From: Amphiscolops sp. MND2022
Taxonomy: Eukaryota
Length of the DNA: 64,000 nucleotides
Direction: 5' to 3'
Assembly (NCBI GenBank): GCA_964187785.1
Contig: OZ076414.1
Location: forward strand, 34,658,001 to 34,722,000
Of this stretch, positions 10,075-22,000 are shown piece after piece. A program made the position numbers and the translations under genes. Under the pieces are notes generated by a model. It searched no databases. It worked only from the letters and a program-made list of their open reading frames with translations, and was not told the DNA's origin. Numbering within the stretch: the stretch's first letter is position 1; the number at the start of each line of letters is the position of its first letter.

Positions 10075-13000
10075 TTCAAGATGATGTTTTTGCAATTAAT
10101 TATATCTCAATTGCGTATCCAATGAAACAGTTCAGTTTTAAATTTATTCTCAGGTGATAGTTTAGGATTCAGATACAAACCAGAGATGTTACAATTATGC
10201 GGCGCATAATCCCGCACAATTCCGCATAATCTGACGTAATTTTCGTCGCGCACAAATTGCCGCGAAGGAAAAAGAGCCAATACACTCAACTCCGTTTATA
10301 ACGATATTCCGGTTATAGCGATAGAGTTTCACTGTCCCGGCCACGGTGGTAGTATATAACGATTTTCGTCTATAACGATATTCGAATATAACGATTAAAA
10401 AACGCCGGTCCCCGGGCAATCGTTATAAGCGGAGTTGAGTGTATAATTGAAATTGATCAGGTTCAGTTTATTATTCGATACTAAAACGACCGTGTATCGT
10501 TCAGATCAGGCATTACAGAAAATCGCGGCGTGAATTTGCGTTATTTTCTGTGATTTCACGCAATTGAAATCAAGTCTTTTTTAACCGTGAATTTCGCCCC
10601 CTTAAAATATTGTTTCATCAATCGGATACAGTAAAAAAATTACTGCTATCACGTGCATCGAAGTTCGTAGTTCAGGATTGCATCAATTCCTGTGGTAAAA
10701 ACTGTTTTGCCATCAAATAACAAAAGAGCAGATAACATAACTAAATTAGTTTCAAATAACATAAAAATGGGTACTCCTGACTAAGTGTGGTCCCTACAAA
10801 ATTTATGCAGCCGGCCTGAAAACTCCTGACTAAGTGTGGTCCCTAGAAGAGGTTAGCATATTTGTTGTATGGCTCGGTCGCTTCGCTCCCTTCGCCAAGT
10901 AGCAACCTTGAGGCATGGCCATATGGCACGTCGCTCCGCTTCGCTTCGCTCCTGCATTTAGGGCACTAGGGGTATGTGAACATAGCCGACGACGTTATAA
11001 TAATAATTCCGACAAAATATGCAGGGACCACACTTATAAAATAGGGACCACAGTAAGTAAGGAGAAATCGCTTGGGACCACACTTAGTCAGGAGAACCTA
11101 AAAATGAAATGAGTTTCACTAAATATAAAAATGAAATTGTTTACGAGAAAGTTTCAGTGGTCAAAGGCATTCACAATTCAAAAGATTCACTGAAAAAGTA
11201 TGAAAATTACAGATAAAATTTAGTGAGTTCGATTGTTTAACCGAGTATTCGGTTTTATTGCTATTTGAAACTACTTCCATTTTCATGTTAAATGGGACTA
11301 ATTCCATTTTCATGTTAAATTGGACTAATTTCGTTTTCATGTTAAATGGGACTAATTTCGTTTTCATGTTATTTGGTAATGACAGCTCAAAACTGTTAAC
11401 TTTGAAATTTTGAAATTAAGAGCCAGTCAAAAAGATATAATGGGATATTATATTTACTGGAGTTTCCTTGTACTTATGCTGTTACATATAAAAATGTTCG
11501 CCCAACGTGGGGCTCGAACCCACGAACCTGGGATTAAGAGTCCCATGCTCTACCGACTGAGCTAGCCGGGCTTGTTAAAGAGGCGGGAGATATGGGATCA
11601 ATTGGTGCAACAAGTGCTGAGATGCTAGTTCACTGCAAATGGTATTTGCATGGATAAGCAAAGTCGTGTTGAAAAAATTTTTGGACCGAATCAAAAGAGG
11701 ACAATAATTTGCTCATTCACGGAAGAACCAATAAATACTGGGTTTTTATAAAAGAACTTAACAGAACCTAAAAGACAGCAGCAACATACTTTTAATAGAG
11801 AGCTATCTCAGTACTCTTGAGTTTTCATTTTTATTGCTTTTCATTTGCCATTCTTTATCAATTTTAATCAATTGGTTCATGTATTAATTTGATTTTTGTT
11901 TGTAACGATTGTTATACATTTGTAAGGGGGACTGTTCAATTCGTCGAACATTCAATTCGTCGAACACGTATTAATTAAGCGAGCATTGTATGACGTAATG
12001 GAATGAATTGATTTCGGGTACTTTCCTAATAGACCGGACAATTATTTGCTAGCCGGACGCGCTATAAAACCAATCCTAATAGACCGGATGTCATCTACCT
12101 AGATGTAGATGACATCCTAATAGACCCCTAAGCTAAGTTTTTATTTACATAGAATAGACCGGACGCCCCTAAGCTAAGTTTTTATTTACATAGATGTGGT
12201 TGTAGATATGTTGTTAAGCCTGAAAACTGTCAGCGTATTATAACATGTCATATCAAGTACCCCCTCGGATATGTCCCCATTTCCTCTAGTGCCCTGCGGC
12301 CCCTTGGGGCCGCTTATATTCCCATCTTGCTAAGCGAGGTCGAACAGGAGCAAAGACCTAGCGGGAACGGAGATCGCGAAGCGATCGTAGTGGGAGCTGG
12401 TCTTTGTGACGGTGAGGGCGAGCGTGCATACACTGCATATGCCCCACATTATGATATTTCCCCACTTTAATAATATTTTATTACATGTATCTAATTGAGT
12501 CAATTGAGTCAATATAATGTTGACAAACCGTTGTTGACAAGTCTTTAAGTCAATAAACTGACTGTCCGGTCTCTATATAGTGCGTCATGTCTCTATATAG
12601 TGCGTCCGGTCTATTAGGAATGTTTTTTCAATTGTCCGGTCTATTAGGAAAGTACCTGATTTCGGCCAATCAAATTCGAGCATTCAAAATTACGATAACG
12701 TAGTCAGATATGTTCAAATACTCCTAGTGCCCTAAATGCAGGAGCGAAGCGAAGCGGAGCGACGTGCCATTTGGCCATGCCTCAATGTTGCTACTTGGCG
12801 AAGGGAGCGAAGCGACCGAGCCATACAACTAATATGCTAATCGCCACAAAATATAACCAAATGAAATTAATCGCTGATATGGAATTCTTTCGACGCATTG
12901 AATAGCTTTTCATTTTTCGACGATTTGAATGTTCGACGATTTGAATAGTCACCATTTGTAAGTCCTTCTTTTGAATAACCTGTCTATTTTAACAAATTCA

Positions 13001-16000
13001 AGATTCAAATACCATTATGTCGACATAGTTTGCGTTGGAATTTTGGTCCAATAAAATAAATGGTGTCGACATAATCCTATCCATTACATTGACTGTCAGA
13101 TAAAAGTTGCTCATTAGATTTTATCACGGAGAAAGTTTGCGTTCAAATAGGGGCCTTTTCATACTATTTTATCTTGTTCCAAGCGTGAATTTCTGGTATT
13201 TTGAACAATAATATCAAAAAATTACGGTAATTTTTTTACTTGAAGTGTCAATACAGTTGTAGAGACAATCCTCTAAGTATTTACATTCATGTAATATTCT
13301 CTAATTAGTGAAATATTTCTATTCAAGAACAAAATGTGCTTTCGCGTTGAGGTGGAAATCAGACCTTGGTAAATAATGATTGCAATATGATTCATAGTGA
13401 AAAATAAGTTATTTTTACGGCGTTCGGCTCTAAATAAATAATTGCAATTATTGCAATATTTTTCCAATATTAAAAATTTGTTTCGAAGACTGGATTCATT
13501 CAAATTCAATTCAAAATAGTCATGAAGCAACATTTCACGTGACAAAATTTCATCAACAGTTTTTTTGGCTCCAAAGATTTCGATTAAATTTCAGAAACAA
13601 AATTTCTCCAAGTGCACTTTTCCGATGATCATCAAATACAATTTTAGCAGTACTGAATAGCCGTTCGATGACATTGGTGGTGGCAGGTATCCATGTTGCA
13701 GCTTTCTTGAGTCCCCTCAGCTTTTTCATCATCATTTGCACCATCTGAAGCTCATTTGAATACCTTGATTGGAGTTTCTTGTCGCATAAGTTTAAGCGAT
13801 GACTAGCGAACCCTATCATTGGTATGCCAAATTTATTGGCAATGGCTTTGTTTCGGTTTTCATTGTCAGGAAGCAAAAAAAATAACATTATTCACGGATT
13901 TGTCAAAGAAACCTAGTGTTTCCCGGATAAATTCAACATGGCTATCTGCATGGAGATTCTTTTCCTCGAGCAATGGAGAAAGTGCTAAAAGAACTTTTGA
14001 ACCCTTAAAGCAGGCAGCAATAGCTAGAAAGTGCGCTGAAAACGATGACCATCCTTCTATCAACCGAACTTCTCACGAAGATGATTGGCAATGTTTTTTT
14101 TCGACTTCTTTTGTCATTTCAGCCAGGTATTTGACGAGCTTCTTGGGGTAATGTACTGTAACTTAGTATACTTCCTGACCAAAACGCTTTCTACATACGA
14201 AAATTCCCGATTTTCCATAACATGCTCTAACCAAGCACAAAGATTCTTCGGTTTACTAGAAACAATAGGGCAATTCTCAAAATAACTACTTAAGTTGCCA
14301 CTGACAGCTTTGTGTTTATAATCGGGATGAGCCGTGGTAATATGATTAAATAAGTTCAAATTTCCCGTGCCAATTTTTTGTTTTCGAACTCGGCCACATT
14401 TGCATTTGCAGGTTCCCGGCTCAATCATTGAGGAAAGGTGGTCAACAATCTCTTTTCTAGAAGGAGGCATAATAATGATGTGACACAAGTTTAATTTAAC
14501 ACCTGCAGAACAAGGAAATGTATTAAGAAATGGTTGTCGGGTCACAAGTTCGAAAGAATAAAATTAAATTTTTATCGTCCAATAAGATTTCAGCAATCCA
14601 GCGTAAGAAATACTTAGCACTATATAATTCTCTGCAATCTGACTGGCTGACGCGGGCGGACCGGAACGAAGTCCGTTCAAAGATTTTTGAAAATGAATTT
14701 CCCCTTGTTGGCGCCTCGAAAATAACTTGAAATCAGCTATTCGAAAAATACCCTAAAATAGCCCCTAATTGGTGGCTGTAAAAGATTGAGTTTTGGGAAT
14801 CACACTCTAGGATGGTCGGCGACCGACATATTTTTGGCCAATTAAACCATTTAGGGTAAAAAACCGGAAATCGAAGGCAAAAATTTGAAAAATGTTTTTT
14901 TTTCTGGGGCAAAATCAGACTTTTCTTTTAATATAGTACAAATTTGGTAATTTATCGTCCTGCTTGTGTATTTAACCTGTCAAGTCATATTTGGTTATAT
15001 CTAGTCCAGGCGGAAGCCGGTAGAGCATTTGTAACCTAATGGAAGCTTTGGTGGGCAAATAACAAATATATTAAAGGACCACAAAATCGTGTAAATGTAT
15101 GCTTCAGATGTTGATATACCAATATCTTTATATACTTAATCGCTTGAAAGTGGGCAGTTTGTTAACTTTATGTATCATTATAGAACCTTTATGGTGCCCT
15201 CATATTTGATTGTAAACATGGCAGTTTATGTAATTTCCTGTTCTGTTACCAACCCAAGTTAACTCCTTCTTGAAAGAGAGACCCAAAAAGTGAGATTGAA
15301 AACGGTCGATATTCCTTGTTCAAGCAACCAAGAAAGTAATTGTTCGGAACTTTATCGTTTGAGTATTCAAGTTAACTTGGGCTTTTATAGAGCTATTTCG
15401 AAGTTGTTCTTGTTTTGATACTGGATTCGAGTTTCCAACAGTATATTATTATTGCATTTCTGGCAATTTTTCGCTTGAAAAGGTTTTGAGACAGAAGACT
15501 TTCAACATTTTGGCAAAGTTATTCGACTACAATTTGTTACTCCCCAATTTCATCGACGAGTCAACGGTTTAGTGAGTTTTATGAGAAAACTCTTCAAGTC
15601 AGTAAATTCTATGTTTTCTAAACAAGTCGAAAAGTGGCCACAGATGCAGTAATTGCTTCACCGACCTCGGAAACTTGTTTAAACAATAGGTATTGTCCAG
15701 AATTTGAAAAGAAAGGACATTTTGAAGTTATTGAAAGAAGTGGATTTTGCAAGTGCCTTTCTCGCAGAAACAATTCTTAGACGTGCCCGCAAGTTGTCAA
15801 CCAGGCCGTCGTAAAGCTTGGTAAGTGATTTTGTTATCATACCTTGCAGACGTAAAATTTTGGTGCCGCGACCCGGGAAAAGGCACTGTGCGGGATTCGG
15901 TAATTGTTTGACATTTTAAAAGAAAATAAAATGGCAGAGCCGATTGTACGCAATTTGTGGGACCCCACATATATGACTTTAACAAAAAACGGACATGAAA

Positions 16001-19000
16001 GAAAGGTCTTTTTTACTGACTGCTTGAAAAATTCTTCGACAATGGAGGAGTGGATAGAACACGAAAAACGCGTCTCAGATCTGATTTTAATTCTCAGAAA
16101 CCTAGACGCGGATTTCCAGGATCTCCATGCTCAGGATCCAACTGTTTGGGTTGACGTTGGTAAGTTCTTCTGAACTTACTCAACTTCAAAGGATAAGTTG
16201 CGCAAAGAGTTCGAAATGTATCTCCACATGCTGAAAGTTTCAAGGCAGCCGTAAGGAGATCTTGTACAAATTGGAGTACGAACTTGAAAATTATTTTGAG
16301 AATTGGAGCAAAAAGTCCTCATTTCTTGTGAGCGTAAGTCGGCTTCCATCGGGCCCGAAAAATGAAAATGACCTAATGAAGTATATGAAACTCTGCGATC
16401 AGTTTGATGACGCCAAACGAATAATTGAAGCAGAAAAAATGACAATCAATAAACTAATCGAGCAAGGCGCGAGGTCGAGTCATGTGAAACTGGCTATCCA
16501 GAAACTTCAAGATAACAAAGCGATTTTAGATAAAAGTCTCGAAAGTAGACGCAATTGTCTCAAGCCTGATGCTTTGACAACTCTATCACACGCCGAACAA
16601 ATTGTCACAGAAATGAACTCTATCGTTCAACAGGCAATGACTGACGCTCTGAACTATATTGATAGCTGCAATATAGCGGCAAATGATCCATTGGGAAACA
16701 TAGATACACCTGAAGTGTCTGGGTTTGAAAGTTTGGAGTTATCAAAAGACGATGAGAACCGTTCTCATGCCTTGGAAGATTCCAAGGCGAATGAAACACT
16801 TGACATAGGATTGAAATTGCTTAAAGAAGCAAACCAATCAGCGCTTTTTCTGAAATTTGACGACCGGTTAGATAACCCGTTTTGCCAACCTCAATCGGCT
16901 ACTCTTGGATCCCAGAAAAGATTTTCTTTAGTAGACTACGCCCCTACAAGAACATTAGCTATGAGTGAGCCAGCAAAAAAGGCCGGTTCAAAGATAGGCT
17001 CCAATGCTTCGAAAATGAGCGAGCGAAGACGATTGGAGATACAAGCTGATCTGATGGATCAAAAATTACAAATGGAAATAGAAAAAAAAGAACGTGAGTT
17101 GGAACTAGAGAAAACTCGTATGGAAATGGAGAAGAAGCTCCAAGAGTTGCAAGCAGAATCGGAAATTGCTGATTTGAAAAGTAAGAATGCTTTTGAAAGG
17201 CAGCAAATGCGATTGCCAATAGAAGAGGCTGAAGGATCAATTCTTCTTCAAGCTTCTTCAATATGCCCTAGCCTGATGTCTCTTACCCTTGAAGAGGATA
17301 CAAACAGCGATAATAAAAGTTGGTTAGATAAGTGCTTTTCGCAGCCGAAGGAATCTATCAGAGAAGTAGAAAATAAAGGTGAGACAAGTAAACAGTCTCA
17401 GAAGTTCCAAACATTTGATCACAAAAACCTACTATCGCGACCTCAAGACCGAGGTACGAGTATGTCACCACAGAGAAAAAACACTGGAATTACGTTTCCG
17501 AAAACAAACGCTTTGCTCCAGCAAGGCAATGAGAACCCGCAGCCTAAATACGACTTCGCGAAACCCTCATTCAAAATAGAAAGTGGTATTCCTTCCTTCA
17601 CAGCAGCAGTTCCTGTACAGCAACCTGTACATTTTGTTCAAACAAGCCCACCAAAATTGAAATTATCTGAATTTCATGGGGACCCATTGGAATGGCCAGA
17701 ATGGTCCAGCTTGTTCACAGCCACCATCCATAATGCGCCAATTGATGACAATGCAAAAATGAGTCATTTGAAAACACTCGTTAAAGGCAAGGCCAAGGCG
17801 GCTATTGCGGGTCTCGGATACTCAGGAGTCATGTATAGTGCAGCGTGGAATGCTTTGGTTACTAATTTCGGAGGGCCACAAACCATTGTCAATGCTCAGA
17901 TGAAGCAAATTCATTTGAGTGCGTTCATCAAGTCTCATGGTTCAGCGGCTATTATAAAGTACGCACAGTTGATTACTACATGCGTTAATGTGTTGAAACA
18001 GTTCGGATTCACTGGAGATTTGTACTCCGAATCCGTCTTGAATTCAGCGTTGAGAAAGTTACCACCTGAATTGAAAACCAAGTGATTTTTTCTTGCGAAG
18101 AGCAAAGGCTACTACCACGCTGATCTTTGCAAATTTAGCGAATGGCTGAACGAAGTTGCTTATGTTCACGATGAAATGACAGTGCAATTCAAGTCTCAAT
18201 CAGAGAAAAAAGGCCACGTTAATACGGAGAAAGTGAAAACCTCAACATTTGCTGCTAATGAGCAGAACAAATCAACACCTGCATCAACAAAGCAATGTCC
18301 ATTGAAGGATGGCGACCTTAAAATCTGGATGTGTACGAAGTTCAAACAACAAGGTGTTAATGAGAGATACGAAACAATGAAGAAATATAAACATTGTTTC
18401 TGTTGTTTAAACTCACATTTGATGAAGGACTGCAAGTCGGACAGAGTTTGTGGAGTAAATGGATGCACCAAGAAACATAACAAGCTTTTGCATTCGGACA
18501 CTCCTAAAACTGAAAAAGACAAGAAATCGGAGGAACCATTGTCTCAAAACAGGGCCGGCGGTTCTTCAATGCTCTCAACAGGTAGCAGTGGTTTCTTACA
18601 GTTGATACCAATTTCAATTGGAAATGAGAAACGAAGCGTTGAAACGATAGCTCTTTGTGATACTGGATCCACGGTATCATTTATGGACAAAACATTGATC
18701 AACCTTTTAAAGCTGAAAGGTAAAGAATCCGTGATGTCGGTAGCTGGAATTCATGGGCTATCTGAAATCGTAACCGCCAGAATTGGTCCAAGTGAAACAG
18801 ATACTGCGGTTGAAAAACTGTCCTTCTGCACTCACCCAAACTTGATTGTCGGTGACAAAGTCTACGATTTTACAAAATTGAAAGAAATTTATTCCTATTT
18901 GAACAATTTGCCGGATATAAAGGTCTCGATGGCTGATGTCAAGGTCATTCTTGGTCAAGATGCGGATCACCTGATCAGACCTCTTGAATATAAGTCAGGT

Positions 19001-22000
19001 GATAGGAATGGGCCTTGGGCGGTCATAACTTCTTTGGGATGGACAGTGAGTGGAGCATTACCCAAAGCAGAAACAAACTGTTTGGGAGCAACGTGTAACC
19101 TCTCCGTTTCTTCGGACCCTATAGCGGATCAAATGAAGAAATGGTGGGACATGGAGACATACGCGTCTGGGTGTGATGTCTCAGGACGTTCTAAGGAAGA
19201 AAAGAGAGCCCAGGCAATTTTGGAAAAAACTACCAAGCTTAACAGCGAACGTTATGAAGTAGGACTCCTCTGGGCCGATGACAACCCTAACTTGCCGAAC
19301 AACTATTATTCTGCTTACCAACAGTTTCTGTCAATGGAGAGAAGATTAAGCAAGGATCCAGAGTTGAAAGAAGCTTACAAAGCTACCATTGAGAAAGACT
19401 TAGAAAATCATTTTGTACGGAAACCGGAACAGGAAGAAATTGTGAGTACAGAGAATGAAATGCAATGGTATTTACCTCATCATCCGGTCAAGCACCCACA
19501 CAAACCAGGCAAGGTCAGAAGAGTTTGTAACCAGCTTCAAAGTTTAAAGGCGTTTCTTTGAATGACAAACTTCTCAGCGAACCTGATTTGTTGCGAAATT
19601 TAGTTGGAATTGTTTTTAGGTTTAGGGAACACCAAATAGCTATTACCGCCGATATTGAGTCCATGTTTTTGCAAGTAGCAGTTCCGAAAGAGGATTGTAA
19701 AGTACTTTGTTTCCTATGGCGTGATAGTCCTGAGGACAGCATCGGAATCTTCGAGTACAACAGACACGTGTTTGGGGCAAAAAGTTCTCCAACTTGTGCG
19801 AACTACTGATTCCAACAGGGAGGAAGAGACAACAAAGTCGATTTTCCTTCAGCAGCATCGACCATAGATAGAAACTTCTACATGGACGATTTAGTGAAAA
19901 GTGTTGATAGTCCTCAGGTGGCTATTAATTGTTACCAAGAGTTGGTAGAGACTCTCAAACGTAGTGGATTCACATTGAAGAAGTGGGCTAGCAACAGTCC
20001 GGAAGTTTTGGAAATAATCCCAGCAGAAGATCGATTAGAAGCGAATGAATTCACGCTTAACGCAGAATCATTTGCCATTCTAGGTTTGGAGTGGATAATC
20101 GATAAAGATTGTCTACAAGTATGTAGAGGACCTAACAAAGAATGTCCGCCAGACATTACTCAACGAGTAGTGTTATCTTTTGTTTCATCAGTTTTTGATC
20201 CCATGGGAATCTTTGCACCTTTCACTATGCGGATGAGAATGCTTTTGAAAAGTATCTGGATTCGCCCTTGGCCAATCATGGGATGAAAAAATTGCGGATG
20301 ATGATGAACAGGTATTCCTAGATTGGGTGACAGAAATGCAAACAATTAAAAACACCTCACTTCCTAAAAATTGTTTCTCTGATAATCCCAAAAACGTTCA
20401 TTTGCACCTCTTCAGTGATGCGTCTCTAGAAGCTATGTGCATCGTTGCTTATTTTCGAGCAGAAGTCAATGATGGAGTTGAAGTCTCTTTTGTTTTGGGC
20501 AAATGTAGAATAGCTCGCATCAAACAACTGTCTATACCTCGTCTAGAGCTTCAAGCAGCGGTGTATTCAGTCAGATTGAGAACCTTGATTGTTCAAGAAC
20601 ATGACTTACAGATTGACAGTGTTACTCAATGGACTGATTCAGTTACTGTGCTTCAATGGTTACACTCAGCTGACAAAAAACAAAATGTTTTTGTAGCTAA
20701 CAGAGGAGCTGAGATATTGGAAAACTCCACAATTGACGAGTGGAAGCACGTTAAAGATGAAATGAATCCATCTGATATTGGGACGCGTGGAATTACTATA
20801 GAGAAATTGACAGAAAGTGATTGGTTATCTGGACCAATTTGGCTCAAAGACCATCCTGACGATTGGCCTTCGTCTCTACAACCAGTTAACTTGGTGCCTG
20901 ATGACCATGCTGCAGTTGCAGTAATTGCGAACACAAGCATGACTCAGGAGCCAATAGTTGATTGGAGCAGGTTTAGCAGTTTTTCCAAATGTGTGGGAGT
21001 TATTGCATTTTGCTTACGTTTGAAGTTCAAGAGTCAATCTAAGGTAATACTTCCAAGTGAACTGCAACGAGCGGAAGAAAAGGTTCTGAAACTAATCCAA
21101 CGAAAAACCTTTCCTGAAGTGTATGATGGGAAGCAGATGTTTGGTGAGACAAGCAAAGGTGGAGACTTGGCAAAATTTTCTCCATTTTTCGATGAATGCG
21201 GTATGATTCGAATAAGAGGTCGCATCAAACATGCAAACTTGAGCTTCCAACAGCGACATTCAATTCTTTTATCCACAAAAAACGATATGGTTAGTGTAAT
21301 GTTACGTGATTTACATCTGGAACACAACCATGAAGGAGTAGAGTATGTTAGAAGCGTAATACAACAGAAGTTTTGGATTTTGGGATTACGAAATGCTTTG
21401 AGGAGCATTAAAAGCAATTGTGTTTACTGTCGCAAATTACGTGCGCAGATAAAATCTCCTCTCATGGCCGATTTACCTGCCGAGAGGCTCGATTATCAGT
21501 CATATCCCTTTACCCACGTTGGAATGGATTATTTCGGTCCATTCGAAGTTAAATTGTTACAAAGATCCGTGAAACGATGGTGCTGTTTGTTTACATGTTT
21601 AACAACCAGAGCAGTGCATATCGAAGTGGTTTGAAGCCTAGACACAGATTCCTGCTTGGTAGCTATCAACAGATTTATCGCCAGACGTGGCAAGCCAACA
21701 ACCATCAAAAGTGATAATGGTACTAACTTTGTTGGATCCGCGAGAGAGTTAAAAGAGTACATCAACTCGTGGAATCAGAATCAAAAAACTATATGGTTAG
21801 TGTAATGTTACGTGATTTACATCTGGAACACAACCATGAAGGAGTAGAGTATGTTAGAAGCGTAATACAACAGAAGTTTTGGATTTTGGGATTACGAAAT
21901 GCTTTGAGGAGCATTAAAAGCAATTGTGTTTACTGTCGCAAATTACGTGCGCAGATAAAATCTCCTCTCATGGCCGATTTACCTGCCGAGAGGCTCGATT

